NCBI RefSeq assembly: GCF_000195855.1
Contig: NC_002677.1
Location: 2,040,001-2,072,000 of the forward strand
Direction of reading: 5' to 3'
From: Mycobacterium leprae TN
GTDB taxonomy: Bacteria > Actinomycetota > Actinomycetes > Mycobacteriales > Mycobacteriaceae
DNA: 32,000 nucleotides
Numbering within the stretch: position 1 is the stretch's first letter; every line of letters begins with the position of its first letter. This document shows, one piece after another, positions 10,120 to 24,074 of the stretch. The position numbers and the translations under genes were made by a program. Below the pieces are notes generated by a model. The model saw only the letters and a list, made by a program, of their open reading frames with translations. It had not been told where the DNA came from and did not search any database.

Positions 10120-11649
10120 TTACCCCTGCCCGCAAATGGCCAAGACGAGTTCACGCACCCGGGCAGCATCGGCCTGCCCGCGGGTGGTCTTCATCACCGC
10201 TCCTACGATCGCACCGGCCGCCGCCACCTTGCCGCCACGAATCTTTTCCGCCACATCAGGATCGGCGGCCAAAGCCTCGTCGACAGCAGCCTGCATCACC
10301 GAGTCGTCGCGCACCAAGGCCAAGTCGCGATCAACCATAACCTGCTCGGGTTCACCCTCCCCGGCAAGCACACCCTCGACGACCTGGCGAGCCAACCTAA
10401 TGGACAGCTTACCCTCGTCGACCAACGCCACTACCACGGCGACTTGGGCAGGAGTGATGGCCAACTCGTCCAAGGTGATGTTTGCCTCATTAGCTTTCTG
10501 CACCAAGAAGTTTCCCCACCAAGCGCGTGCTTGTTCGCTGGAGGCGCCGTTCTTGACGGTCGCGGCGACCAATTCAACCGCGCCAGCGTTGACGAGATCT
10601 CGCATCACCTCGTCGGAAATACCCCATTCCTGCTGAATCCTCTTGCGGCTCAACCACGGTAACTCCGGTATTGTTTGACGCAATTGCTCGACCAGCTCGC
10701 GGCTGGGCGCGACGGGCTCTAGGTCGGGGTCGGGGAAATATCGGTAGTCCTGCGCTGTCTCCTTGGCGCGTCCCGGGCTAGTGTACCCGTCCTCATGAAA
10801 GTGCCTGGTCTCCTGGGCGATTCGACCTCCGGACACCAGAATGGCTCCTTGGCGCTGCATCTCGTAGCGTACAGCCATTTCAACACTTTTCAATGAATTA
10901 ACGTTTTTGATCTCGCTCCTGGTGCCGAATTCGACCGTACCGATAGGTTTCAACGATACGTTGGCGTCACAACGCATTGAGCCTTGGTCCATCCGGACAT
11001 CGGATACGTCCAACGTGCGCAACAGATCTTGCAATGCCTTCACATACGCCCGAGCGATCTGTGGTGCCCGAACTCCGGCCCCCTCAATAGGCTTGGTGAC
11101 GATTTCGATCAACGGCACGCCAGCACGGTTGTAGTCAATCAGCGACGTCGTTGCGCCGTAAATGCGGCCGGTCTCGCTGCCTAGGTGGGTCAGCTTGCCG
11201 GTGTCTTCCTCCATGTGCGCCCGTTCGATCTCCACCCGCCAGGTAGTGTCGTCTTCCAGAGGTACCTCGAGGTAGCCGTTAATGGCGATCGGCTCATCGT
11301 ATTGCGATATTTGGTAATTCTTAGGCACGTCTGGGTAGAAGTAGTTCTTCCGTGCGAAGCGGCACCAGGGCACGATTTCACAGTTCAACGCCAGCCCGAT
11401 CCGAATCGCCGACTGGACCGCGGCCCGGTTGAGCACTGGCAGCGAACCCGGCAGGCCCAGACACACCGGGCACACCTGAGTGTTTGGTTCAGCGCCAAAT
11501 GTGGTGGCACAGCCACAGAACATTTTAGTCACAGTGGACAGCTCAACATGCACCTCAAGCCCGAACACCGGATCAAACCGCGCGACTACAACATCATAAT
11601 CCAGCAAATCCGCCCCTGAAGCCTTGGACGCCCCGGAAACAACAGTCAT
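10120..11649 (-). CDS. gatB: Aspartyl/glutamyl-tRNA(Asn/Gln) amidotransferase subunit B
   Basis: [61 protein letters not shown]; 509 aa. Confidence 0.96.
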   Translation of the reverse strand: MTVVSGASKASGADLLDYDVVVARFDPVFGLEVHVELSTVTKMFCGCATTFGAEPNTQVCPVCLGLPGSLPVLNRAAVQSAIRIGLALNCEIVPWCRFARKNYFYPDVPKNYQISQYDEPIAINGYLEVPLEDDTTWRVEIERAHMEEDTGKLTHLGSETGRIYGATTSLIDYNRAGVPLIEIVTKPIEGAGVRAPQIARAYVKALQDLLRTLDVSDVRMDQGSMRCDANVSLKPIGTVEFGTRSEIKNVNSLKSVEMAVRYEMQRQGAILVSGGRIAQETRHFHEDGYTSPGRAKETAQDYRYFPDPDLEPVAPSRELVEQLRQTIPELPWLSRKRIQQEWGISDEVMRDLVNAGAVELVAATVKNGASSEQARAWWGNFLVQKANEANITLDELAITPAQVAVVVALVDEGKLSIRLARQVVEGVLAGEGEPEQVMVDRDLALVRDDSVMQAAVDEALAADPDVAEKIRGGKVAAAGAIVGAVMKTTRGQADAARVRELVLAICGQG

Positions 11650-11997
11650 GAGCTCGATCCTAGAGGCCGATTGCGAGACCAGCCGAGCCGAACTAAGCGG
11701 GCCACCACCTAGGCGCCCGGCCGAGAGACCGCTATGCGAAGGTCATGCTCCGTTGCCTGGCCAGGAACATAGTGGGCAACGTGATCTCGTTCCTCTCATG
11801 CACGTGTCGATCTAACAACAGTACCATCCGTAGCAGCAACTTAGGCGGACAATCGCTCAAGTTCTTAGCTAGCCATAGTTTCCAGTTCCTCAGCCTCGAC
11901 GTGAGTGTCTTGCCAGCGTTTGGTGCATATGGCCACCTCGAAATTCAGACAGTCGAACAGTTGACGCTACCGCGGTATTTGCAGTAGCATTCCCATC

Positions 11998-13029
11998 TTA
12001 ACCGAAGAAGGCGGCGGCGTCGTCGTAACGGCTTTCGGGCACCAATTTGAGCTGACGCACCGCATCCTCCAGCGGTACGCGACCGATGTCTTGCCCACGC
12101 AGTGACACCATCTGGCCGTACTCGCCGGCGTGCGAGGCGTCGGCAGCATTAACCCCGAACCGGGTGGCCAGCACCCGATCGAAGGCCGTCGGTGTACCAC
12201 CGCGTTGGACATGACCCAGCACAGTCACTCGCACGTCCTTGTTGATCCGCTTCTCGACCTCAGCGCCCAATTGCGCTGCCACCCCAGTGAAACGCTCGTG
12301 ACCAAATTCATCCATCCCACCTTGGCGCAACGTGATCGAGCCTGGGACCGGCTTGGCACCCTCAGCGACCACGCAAATGAAATGCGAATCCCCGCGCTGA
12401 AAACGTCGTTTCACGAGGCAGCACACTTCCTCGACATCGAAGGGCTGTTCGGGAATCAGCGTCATGTGCGCACCGGAAGCCAGCCCGGAACTCAGCGCTA
12501 TCCAGCCGGCATGCCGACCCATCACCTCCACCAGCATCACACGTTGGTGAGATTCGGCGGTACTGTGCAACCGGTCAATGGCTTCGGTAGCCACCGTCAG
12601 CGCGGTGTCGTGGCCAAAGGTCACGTCGGTGCAGTCGATGTCGTTGTCGATCGTCTTCGGCACGCCGACCACAGGAACGTCTTCCTGCGACAGCCAGTGC
12701 GCGGCCGTCAGCGTGCCTTCGCCGCCGATCGGGATGAGCACGTCGATGCCATTGTCATCCAGGGTCTGCTTGATCTGATGCAGCCCGGCCCGCAGCTTGT
12801 CGGGGTGCACGTGGGCAGTGCCCAGCATGGTTCCGCCTTTGGCTAACAGACGGTCATTCCGGTCGTCGTTGCACAGCTGCATGCGCCGATTCTCCAGCAA
12901 CCCACGCCAGCCGTCCTGAAACCCGACTACCGACGAACCGTACCGGGCGTCACAGGTGCGCACAATCGCCCGGATAACGGCGTTAAGACCAGGACAGTCG
13001 CCGCCCCCCGTGAGAATTCCGATCCTCAT
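11998..13029 (-). CDS. pfkA: ATP-dependent 6-phosphofructokinase
   Basis: [62 protein letters not shown]; ORF track start at 13044 is 5 codons upstream of the likely start. Confidence 0.95.
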   Translation of the reverse strand: MRIGILTGGGDCPGLNAVIRAIVRTCDARYGSSVVGFQDGWRGLLENRRMQLCNDDRNDRLLAKGGTMLGTAHVHPDKLRAGLHQIKQTLDDNGIDVLIPIGGEGTLTAAHWLSQEDVPVVGVPKTIDNDIDCTDVTFGHDTALTVATEAIDRLHSTAESHQRVMLVEVMGRHAGWIALSSGLASGAHMTLIPEQPFDVEEVCCLVKRRFQRGDSHFICVVAEGAKPVPGSITLRQGGMDEFGHERFTGVAAQLGAEVEKRINKDVRVTVLGHVQRGGTPTAFDRVLATRFGVNAADASHAGEYGQMVSLRGQDIGRVPLEDAVRQLKLVPESRYDDAAAFFG

Positions 13030-13116
13030 GCCTTCATCTTGCATGCGAACGCCTCAGATAGCGCGAACAAACGCAAATATCTGCTCGCGTTGGCAGCTGC
13101 TCGTGACCGAAGAAAC

Positions 13117-14610
13117 TCAAATAGCGGACGGCAATGGCCCGCGTGCGGCCTCGTAGGCGGCACCCACCCGGTAGAGTCGGTCGTCGGCCAAAGCGGGCGC
13201 CATGATCTGCAGGCCCACCGGCAGATCGTCATCCGAGGACAGCCCGGACGGCACCGACATGCCGCAATGGCCAGCCAGGTTGAGTGGCAACGTGCACAGA
13301 TCGAACAGGTACATCGCCAGCGGATCGTCGGCTTTTTCGCCAAGGCTGAACGCGGTAGTCGGCGTCGCCGGGGACACCAGCACGTCGACGGATCGGTAAG
13401 CTTTGTCTAAATCACGCGCAATCAACGTGCGCACCTTCTGCGCCTGGCTGTAGTAGGAATCGTAATAGCCGGCCGATAATGCGTAGGCACCGATCATGAT
13501 GCGCCGCTTGACCTCCGGCCCGAACCCGGCAGCCCTGGTCAGCGCAATCACCTCTTCGGCGCTGCGGCTGCCGTCGTCACCGACCCGCAGCCCGTAGCGC
13601 ATCGCATCGAAACGCGCGAGGTTGCTTGACACCTCCGATGGCAAGATCAGATAGTAGGCGGCCAGCGCGTAGTCAAAGTGCGGGCAGTCGACTTCGCTGA
13701 CCGTTGCACCCAGTGCGATCAACTGCTCGACAGCGGCCTGAAATGACGCCAACACCCCCGACTGATAACCCTCGCCACGCAACTGCCGGACCACCCCTAC
13801 CCGCACGCCGTGCAGGTCACCCGACTCGCCGGCCTTAGCAGCACCTACGATATCGGGCACCGCTGCTTCCACGGAGGTGGAGTCGCGGGCATCGTGGCCG
13901 GCGATCACCGCATGCAGCAGTGCAGTGTCTAAGACGGTGCGCGCGCACGGCCCTCCCTGATCCAGCGACGAGGCACAAGCAACCAGTCCGTACCGGGAAA
14001 CTGTGCCATAGGTGGGTTTGACACCGACTGTCGCGGTCAACGCGGCCGGCTGCCGGATGGAGCCGCCGGTGTCGGAGCCGATGGCCAACGGCGCCTGGAA
14101 CGCTGCCAACGCCGCTGCGCTGCCGCCACCGGAGCCGCCTGGCACCCGGTCGACATTCCACGGGTTGCGGGTCGGGCCGTAAGCGGAATTCTCGGTTGAG
14201 CTGCCCATCGCGAATTCATCCATGTTGGTCTTACCTAGGATCGGGATGCCGGCCGCGCGCAACCGCGTGGTGACAGTGGCGTCATAAGGGGAATGCCAGC
14301 CCTGTAGGATCTTGGATCCGCAGGTGGTCGGCATGTCGACAGTGGTGAACACATCTTTGAGCGCCAATGGAACTCCGGCCAACGTTGACGACAACTGTCC
14401 GCCAGCGGCCACCGCCTTGTCGACGGCGGCCGCCGCCGACAGTGCCTTCTCGGCCGCCACGTGAAGGAAGGCTCGGTAGGTGTCGTCCGTCGCCTCGATC
14501 TGGTCCAGGCAGGCCTGGGTGATCTCAACCGACGACAGCTCCTTGGCAACGATCTTGGCAGCCAGCGTCGACGCGTCCAACCGAATGATCTCGTGCAGTG
14601 AACCAATCAT
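13117..14610 (-). CDS. gatA: Aspartyl/glutamyl-tRNA amidotransferase subunit A
   Basis: Amidase signature [34 protein letters not shown]; likely start [19 protein letters not shown] at 14610. Confidence 0.95.
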   Translation of the reverse strand: MIGSLHEIIRLDASTLAAKIVAKELSSVEITQACLDQIEATDDTYRAFLHVAAEKALSAAAAVDKAVAAGGQLSSTLAGVPLALKDVFTTVDMPTTCGSKILQGWHSPYDATVTTRLRAAGIPILGKTNMDEFAMGSSTENSAYGPTRNPWNVDRVPGGSGGGSAAALAAFQAPLAIGSDTGGSIRQPAALTATVGVKPTYGTVSRYGLVACASSLDQGGPCARTVLDTALLHAVIAGHDARDSTSVEAAVPDIVGAAKAGESGDLHGVRVGVVRQLRGEGYQSGVLASFQAAVEQLIALGATVSEVDCPHFDYALAAYYLILPSEVSSNLARFDAMRYGLRVGDDGSRSAEEVIALTRAAGFGPEVKRRIMIGAYALSAGYYDSYYSQAQKVRTLIARDLDKAYRSVDVLVSPATPTTAFSLGEKADDPLAMYLFDLCTLPLNLAGHCGMSVPSGLSSDDDLPVGLQIMAPALADDRLYRVGAAYEAARGPLPSAI

Positions 14611-14906
14611 TTGTTGTCCCCCAAGATCTGAGGGACAACAAAGCGGCCGTAAATGGCTTCGGGTGCTTCGGCCAGCGCCTGCTGCTGAGTCAGACACGGG
14701 ACAGTCTCGTCCGGGCGCGTGATGTTGACGTATTTGAGCGGATTGTCGGTAGGTTCGACGCCGGTGACGTCAACAGCCTGAATCTGGCTCACGTGGGCCA
14801 GGATGACGTCGAGTTGACTAGAGAAGCTGGCCAACTCGGTATCGGTCAACACCAGTCGGGTTAGCCGGGCCAGGTGCAAGACCTCATCGCGGGAGATCGG
14901 GGACAC
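14607..14906 (-). CDS. gatC: Aspartyl/glutamyl-tRNA amidotransferase subunit C
   Basis: [56 protein letters not shown]; GTG start; stop overlaps gatA ATG. Confidence 0.93.
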   Translation of the reverse strand: MSPISRDEVLHLARLTRLVLTDTELASFSSQLDVILAHVSQIQAVDVTGVEPTDNPLKYVNITRPDETVPCLTQQQALAEAPEAIYGRFVVPQILGDNK

Positions 14907-15042
14907 GCGTGAAAGCCTACCTAGCCGCGAGCGTGAAGTTGGCCGCACAATAACTTTCTTTACCCAACAGAACTTTCTCTACCCAACAGAAAATCTAGAT
15001 GCACGCTCGTCGGCAGAGGAAGCCAGCCGGTCAGGCCTCTGG

Positions 15043-15741
15043 GTGGAAATGCCGCTTACCCAACGCTATGCAACAGTGTTGGCCGTGCCTTCCTATCTGC
15101 TGCGCATCGAACTAGCCGACCGCCCAGGCAGCCTGGGCTCACTAGCTGTGGCGCTCGGTTCAGTGGGCGGCGACATTCTGTCGCTAGATGTGGTCGAGCG
15201 CAGCGGTGGTTACGCGATCGATGACCTTGTCATCGAGGTTCCATCCGGGGCAATGCCCGACAAGTTGATCACCGCCTTCGAATCACTTCCCGGTGTCCGA
15301 GTGGACAGTGTCCGTCCGCATAGCGGTCTGCTGGAAGCCCACCGCGAGCTGGAGCTGCTCGACCAGGTCGCCGCGGCCGACGACAACGCATCCAAACTGC
15401 AAGTGCTGGCCGACGAGGCGCCCAAGGTGCTGCGGGTGAGCTGGTGCACCGTATTGCGCAGTTCGCAGGGAAAGCTACTACGCTTAGCCGCTAGTGTTGG
15501 CGCACCAGAGACTCGGGCGAATTCGGCACCGTGGCTGCCGATCGAACGTGCCGCGCCACTAGACGGTACCGCCGAGTGGGTGCCACAGTCGTTGCGCGAT
15601 ATGAACACCACCATGATCGCCGCACCATTGGGCGACCCACACACCGCAGTGGTGCTGGGCCGTCCGGGCCCGGAGTTTAGGCCATCAGAGGTGGCTCGAC
15701 TGGGGTACCTAGCCGGAATCGTGGCCACCATGCTGCGCTAA
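15043..15741 (+). CDS. ACT-domain protein (Rv3013-type)
   Basis: SYLLRIELADRPGSLGSLAVALGSVGGDILSLDVVERSGGYAIDDLVIE; start codon uncertain. Confidence 0.85.
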   Translation: MEMPLTQRYATVLAVPSYLLRIELADRPGSLGSLAVALGSVGGDILSLDVVERSGGYAIDDLVIEVPSGAMPDKLITAFESLPGVRVDSVRPHSGLLEAHRELELLDQVAAADDNASKLQVLADEAPKVLRVSWCTVLRSSQGKLLRLAASVGAPETRANSAPWLPIERAAPLDGTAEWVPQSLRDMNTTMIAAPLGDPHTAVVLGRPGPEFRPSEVARLGYLAGIVATMLR

Positions 15742-15743
15742 CG

Positions 15744-17837
<2,094 letters not shown>

Positions 17838-17886
17838 CTAACTGAGCAATCCGACACGCGACTGGGCCGCTGGTGCGCCGACGCAA

Positions 17887-18900
17887 CTAGATGGCGTCCG
17901 GGTCTTGGGCGAACGCTTCGGCGGTCTTACGCGCCAGCTCGATAGCGGTGCATGCCCAGTGCGGCGTCGCACCCGCCAGACCACATGCCGGGCTGACGCC
18001 GATACGATCACGCAGCGCTGAGCGACCAAAGCCGAGCCGATCGGTCACACCAACAACTGCGGCGGCCACCTGCTCTACCGACGGCAGCCGTTGCGGGGCG
18101 GTTGCGGGCACGACGCCCAACACGACCGTGCGGCCCGACTCGACGAATGCTGCGATGCCATCCAGATCCCCTGTCCGTAGCACGTTGACGTCTACCGACA
18201 CCGCTCTAATAGCGCTGCGCTGCAAGAAGTTCCATGGCAACTCCGCAGCACAGCTGTGCAGCAGTACGTCGGCACCCACGGTCGCGACGCAACTGTCGAA
18301 CAGTGTTGCCGCCAATGTTTCGTCGAGCGGGGCGACCGGGGAAAACGCAGTCACCCCAGTCAGCAGTCCCCCCAATGCCGCCGGCAGCGACACCTCATCG
18401 AACTGCACCACCACCTGTGTGTCGAGTCGCCGTGCCAGAGCCGCACGGTGCGCAGCAACACCCTCAGCCAGCGATTCCGCCAAGTCACGCACGGCACAGG
18501 AATCAGTGATCGCCCGGTGGCCGTTGGCCAGTTCTAGCCCGGCCGCGAGTGTAATCGGCCCAGGAGCCTGTACCTTGACGACACGCCCCCTACCGCGCAG
18601 GCCGGCCATCTCCCATGCCGCTTCGAAGGCATCCATGTCCTCGTCGAGCAGGCTAAAGGCCCTTCGTGTCACTGCACCGGGCCGTGCAGCAATTCGGTAA
18701 CCGCGCGGCACCGTGTCGATAGCCACGTCGATAAGTAGCGCGCCGGCCCGGCCAAGCATGTCGGCGCCCACTCCCCTGGCGGGCAACTCGACGATATGGG
18801 CTAGCGCACCCGCCAACTCGCCAACGACAACCTTGGCAGCTGGGTAAGGGGATGAACCGGGCCACGACCCAACACCGCTAGCCGTTGCGAAAACACTCAT
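17887..18900 (-). CDS. Cobalamin-independent methionine synthase C-terminal-like protein (Rv3015c-type)
   Basis: GVGSWPGSSPYPAAKVVVGELAG... VQFDEVSLPAALGG... VSPACGLAGA; 337 aa. Confidence 0.8.
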   Translation of the reverse strand: MSVFATASGVGSWPGSSPYPAAKVVVGELAGALAHIVELPARGVGADMLGRAGALLIDVAIDTVPRGYRIAARPGAVTRRAFSLLDEDMDAFEAAWEMAGLRGRGRVVKVQAPGPITLAAGLELANGHRAITDSCAVRDLAESLAEGVAAHRAALARRLDTQVVVQFDEVSLPAALGGLLTGVTAFSPVAPLDETLAATLFDSCVATVGADVLLHSCAAELPWNFLQRSAIRAVSVDVNVLRTGDLDGIAAFVESGRTVVLGVVPATAPQRLPSVEQVAAAVVGVTDRLGFGRSALRDRIGVSPACGLAGATPHWACTAIELARKTAEAFAQDPDAI

Positions 18901-19800
18901 CCGGCAACCGTATTCGACATCGCATCGACCGTCGCTCGTCAGGGTATCTGTTCTGTTGCGCGAACCAGCCCACAGCTAGCAAGTCTGACACGGCCGCTGG
19001 TTGTTATGCGGCGCAATTTTACCCCAAAGACGACATCACCGTAGACGTGATCCCGCTGGCCCAGTCACAGCTGCACGGTCGGCGACGACCTAGCAACCAT
19101 CCCAGGCAACGGTGCCCCTACCCAGACCGCACTACAAGCCCCATGTTGACCCATGTTGAAGAGTGCCACTAACACGGCTGTCCAATACCCGCCCAAAGCA
19201 GGTCCTCTCGCCGAAGGTGGCACGGCAACACATCGACTACCCGTCTTTGTCAGACTCGGCTTAGCCGCACACACGGCGACGGTGGTGGACTCTACCGGCC
19301 TACGTCCGTCAATTCGGCCCACCAACCACATCCGGCTCCCAGCTAACCGGCACCATCGGTGCCAGCCCAACCGACTCCATTACCCGCGGTACCAGCAAAG
19401 TCCCACAGACCAACATCCTGGTCAGAATCCACTGCTGACAGCGACCTAGTCGTAGGAGCCGGCCGCACAACCAATACCAACCTGCTGTCCGATGCTACCG
19501 AGAGCGCACTAAAATAGACGACATTATTTTTACTGTGTTCGCCAACTTGACGAAACTCCTCGTACCTCGACTGGTCCGCAAAGTAGACGCTCGATGCCGA
19601 TTGACAACGCAATCGACGCTCTAATCACGGAGTCGGCCAGCACGAATAGGGGCTGCGACTATCAAGAACAGAGAGATGAAGATTATCACGACGAAATCTG
19701 AAGTTGATCACCTCAGCGATTTCACATAACCGCACGCAAAAAAGCTCGTCACAGACCAATGCAACGACCGCACTGACGGGTTTTACCCCCAGATCCAAAA
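18901..19800. pseudogene. Non-coding / heavily decayed interval at the position of the Rv3016-Rv3023 region
   Basis: No ORF with recognisable motifs on either strand between two well-conserved genes; family identity not resolvable by eye. Confidence 0.35.
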
Positions 19801-19815
19801 TCGCTTTGCCAACTA

Positions 19816-20892
19816 TCACGCCGACATGCTAGCTATAGTGGCGCTGCCAAGCACTTCGTCCCCGTCCGGATCCAAGCGGTACAGCACCAACGTCTGGCCG
19901 CGCGCCACACCGCGCAGCGGTTCGCACAACCGCACAAACAGCTCGTCACCAATCAACTCAACGACCGCAACGGCGGTTTCACCGTGTGCACGAATCTGAA
20001 CCACACACTGAACAGGACCCAACGGCGCAGCTCCCGCGGTGAAGACCGGCGCCCGTCCGATCAGCGTATGCACACCGAGGTCGGCCGCGTCACCCACGTA
20101 CACGGTCGCGGTGTCGGCGTCAATCGCCGTCACATAGCGCGGACGGCCGTTCGGTCCTGGCCCGACGATGCCCAGACCCTTGCGTTGGCCTACGGTGAAA
20201 CCGTGTACTCCATCATGCTCGGCAAGCACCGTGCCATCCGCGTCAACCACACTGCCGCGGCGTATCCCAATACATTCACTCAAAAAAGCACGGGTGTTCC
20301 CGGACGGGATGAAGCAGATGCCGTGGCTGTCGGGCTTATCAGCGACTAGTAAGCCACGGCGGGCGGCCTCCGCACGAACCTGCCGCTTGAGCGTGTCGCC
20401 GATCGGGAACGCGGCGTGGCGCAACTGTTGAGCAGTCAATACCGCCAGCACGTAGGATTGATCCTTACCCCGGTCGACAGCACGACGTAGTCGCCCACCG
20501 GACAGTCGCGCGTAGTGGCCAGTGGCCACCGTATCGAAACCCAACATTAAGGCTCTGACAGAAAGCGCCGAGAACTTGATCCGCTGATTGCATTGCACAC
20601 AGGGGTTAGGGGTTTCCCCGCGGGCATACGCAGACACAAAATTATCGATCACGTCTTCTTGGAACTTCTCGGCGAAATCCCAAACATAAAAGGGGATCCC
20701 AAGGACATCGGCAACACGGCGCGCATCTGACACGTCTTCTTTGGAACAGCAGCCCCGTGACCCGGTGCGCAGCGTACCGGAGACGGTAGACAGCGCCAGG
20801 TGAACACCCACCACATCATGTCCGGCGTCGACCATCCGGGCAGCAGCAACCGACGAGTCGACGCCACCGCTCATCGCGGCGAGAACTTTCAC
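19816..20892 (-). CDS. mnmA: tRNA-specific 2-thiouridylase
   Basis: [70 protein letters not shown] start. Confidence 0.95.
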
Positions 20893-22079
20893 ACCCCAAC
20901 ACCCCCGGCCCCTGCCGCTGCCAGCGATGCTCGGCGGGCGCGATCCACCGCCCCCGGCAGCACCCGCAGCACCTCTTCAACGTCGACCTCAACACTATTG
21001 TGCCCCAAAGAAAGACGAAGCGATCCGCGCGCACTAGCCGGGTCGGCGCCCATCGCTATCAGAACGTGCGACGGCTGCGGAACACCGGAGGTGCAGGCCG
21101 ATCCAGTCGAGCATTCGATTCCGTTGGCATCCAACAGCATCAATAGCACATCACCTTCGCAACCACGGAAGATGAAGTGCGCGTTACCTGGAAGCCGCAT
21201 CCGATCGCGGGCACCGTTGAGTGCAACGTCGTCAATCGTCGCCAGCACACCCTCGATCAAGCGGTCACGCAACACCTGCAGCCGGATACTGTTGATCTCC
21301 AATCCGTCCACCGCGATCTGTGCCGCCGCTGCCATCCCAACAACGCTGGCGACACCGGGAGTGCCGGAACGAATATCGCGCTCCTGCCCACCACCATGCA
21401 ACAACGGAACACAGCTGATGTCCCGGCGCAGCAGCAACGCGCCCACACCAGGCGGGCCACCAAATTTATGCGCGGCCACACTCATCGCCGACAGCCCGCT
21501 GACACCGAACTTTACCGGCAGCTGACCCACCGCTTGTATCGCATCACTGTGCATCGGAACACCGAACTCGGCAGCGACGGCGGCGAGTTCGACGACTGGC
21601 ATGACTGTGCCGACTTCGTTATTGGCCCACATCACCGATACGAGTGCGACGTCGTTGTGTTGCTGCAGCGCCTCCCGCAGCCCGAACGCCGATACCGAGC
21701 CGTCGGCAGCGGTGGGCAACCACGTCACCTCCGCACCTTCGTGTTCGACCAGCCAGTTCACCGAGTCCAACACGGCGTGGTGTTCCACCTCGGTTGTAAC
21801 GATGCGTCGGTGGCACGGCTGCGCGTCACGGCGCGCCCAATAGATGCCTTTGACGGCCAAGTTGTCGCTCTCGGTGCCACCTGCAGTGAAAATCACCTCG
21901 GACGGGCGCGCAGCAAGTTTGTCGGCGATCAGCTCGCGGGATTCCTCAATCCGCCGCCGCGCCACTCGCCCACTGGTGTGCAGCGACGACGCGTTGCCGA
22001 CAGTGCCTAGCGCGGTCGTCATCGCCTCGATGGCGGCGGGGTGCATCGGGGTAGTAGCGGCGTGATCCAGGTAGGCCAT
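20889..22079 (-). CDS. iscS: Cysteine desulfurase
   Basis: [68 protein letters not shown]; start likely MAYLDH at 22079; stop overlaps mnmA start. Confidence 0.95.
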
Positions 22080-22129
22080 GACGCACTTTAGGATACCGGC
22101 GATCGGAGCCTGCCGGATCAAGAGCGCCT

Positions 22130-22860
22130 GCTGCTCACTCCAGCACCGACATGTCGAGGTTCCGCATCGACATACTGCCTAGCCCCCAGTCGCACCGTGA
22201 ACTGACAGCGACGGGCCAGGGCCCGGCCAATCGATACCCGGCCGGCAACTGCAGAAATTCGACACGCATCTAGGCCAGCGTGCGACGCACGGTGGGCAAT
22301 CGGCAGATTGACCGCAACAACGTGTCGTCACCGACGAAGAGCGGGCACGGTCAATACACATCCCGTCGATGTGGTTATACGTCAGTGAAAGTGGCTGCAC
22401 TGGACAACCGGCATCGACCACGGCCTGCAACATTGCTGGATAGAAGAACCCACGCCATCAGTGCGATGGCGTGGAGAGGCCGCACCAGGTAGTGCCTTCA
22501 GGAAACACCACCACGGTTTGACAGGAGCACAGCCTACGGGCAAAGGTATCGACCACCTTAGGTAGACACCACAAACTGGACTACTCTATACGGGATACTA
22601 TTTCAGGGATGCGCGCCACGATCGCAATGGTGGGCACGCTGAACATATCAGCACGGGCGACGAAAGACCCCGGCAACGTAGAGCCGATAGCGAAGACATT
22701 CCAGCTAAAACATGTGGCTGCTGACCACCAGGACTCCGCACAGACTGCAAATCGGGCTTCCCGACACCGTGGTGATTCGGACGCCGAATCGGCGCAGCAT
22801 CAACCGGCAATAGGCGCGTTGCGTGTGCGTCCAACCCAGCAGCGTTTTATCCTTACACAC
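22130..22860 (-). pseudogene. Decayed PlsC-family 1-acyl-glycerol-3-phosphate acyltransferase (Rv3026c-type)
   Basis: FGVRITTVSGSPICSLCGVLVVSSHM, SFVARADMFSVPTIAIVARI, VVVFPEGTTWCG, RRFYPAMLQAVVDAGCPVQPLSLTY on the minus strand in different frames. Confidence 0.78.
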
Positions 22861-22999
22861 ACAGTTGATATCATACGATGTCCGCAACCGCCAAGCATGC
22901 TCACTTACTGCGGGAGTGCATTGTAAACTGTTCTATTGGGTTTCTATTGAGTCGCTGTGAGCAATAGTCGTACCAAACTATCTGTGCGGCCGCCAAAAC

Positions 23000-23760
23000 C
23001 AACAAGTCGCCGCAGTGTAGTGGTTATCAGCGTACCACTTGTCCATCAGCACGCAGACCCCACCGAACCGAAGTCCGGGTTGTACGCCGGCTCACCGCAG
23101 ACCCGTGCCCCCAGTCACAGGTAGCCACACATCAGCTGGCGGGTGGAATCACCGACCGTTGCGGCAGCGGAATATCGTCGATACCCCTACCCTCCACTTG
23201 CACTGGGCGCTACAGGTACACCTGATGCTGCGGCAAGGCAGTATGACGGTGCAACACAAAATCATGGACATCACGTAATCTGTCTACCTGGAGCAGGATC
23301 GCCACAGAAACCATCCCCATCGCCTGCGATCGGGACCGACGCACAGGCGGAGATGTAAAATTACATGCCATATCGATCCAGATAGGCCAGAATGCCCGCC
23401 CACATCAGCAGCACCACATTACCGTTGCGGTGACTTTCTCAACATCCACGGCGCAGCCCATCTAGACCAACGACGACCGCAACGGATCGAATGAACGAAT
23501 ATCGAATTCCGTTGAGGTATAAAGGCCTCTTGCCGCAATGGCACCCTCCGGCGACAACATTCGGCAACAACCCACCAACTCGCCGGTGCGGTCGCCACGC
23601 ACCAGCGGGTGATCACAAAACTAGATCGAACAGTTCGACATCCAGGTGCTCACCACCTTGCTCCGAGTTCGCCGGCAGCAAGGCGAAGCCGGGAGTACTG
23701 TTCAACACATCGAAGCAGAACCACTATACGCAGCTCCAACGAGGATGGGTTCGGTGGACA
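23000..23760 (-). pseudogene. Decayed OlsB/hemolysin-like GNAT N-acyltransferase (Rv3027c-type)
   Basis: NGNVVLLMWAGILAYLDRY (N-terminal fold motif) and GARVCGEPAYNPDFGSVG..LMDKWY (C-terminal motif GARlc..PaiDrefg..) with stops between them. Confidence 0.6.
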
Positions 23761-24074
23761 GCAACAGAGAATAACGCGACCCGATAGACGAACTTGTCGC
23801 CGTGCCATGGGGCTTCTCGCTGAGTATCTGTCAGGACAAAAGCAATGCTCATACCAACAACATGACTATAAGTCATGAGCTAATCGACATCGATCCTGTG
23901 ATGTAACATTGCACGCCAAATAACGACAATGTCGTGAAAAAATGTCACCTCGTACCGCACCAATAGGCGATTTTCGAATGCAGTATCACATGCGATAATG
24001 TATTCACGGATCGTGCGATGGTTCCCCTGGCGCACATGTGGCGGATGCACACCACGACGGGCCCGCGCGAAAAC

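Noticed and set aside
15210-15731. Minus-strand ORF of 173 aa opposite the ACT-domain gene
   Set aside because: Mirror frame of an identified gene, no start context or motif.
17891-18700. Plus-strand ORF of 269 aa opposite the MetE-C-like gene
   Set aside because: Antisense shadow with compositional bias (Ala/Ser/Thr/Arg runs).
20800-21525. Plus-strand ORFs opposite iscS and mnmA
   Set aside because: Overlap both well-identified genes antisense; not plausible coding regions.
22598-22926. Short ORFs on both strands near 22600-22930
   Set aside because: Explained by PlsC-like relic fragments on the minus strand.
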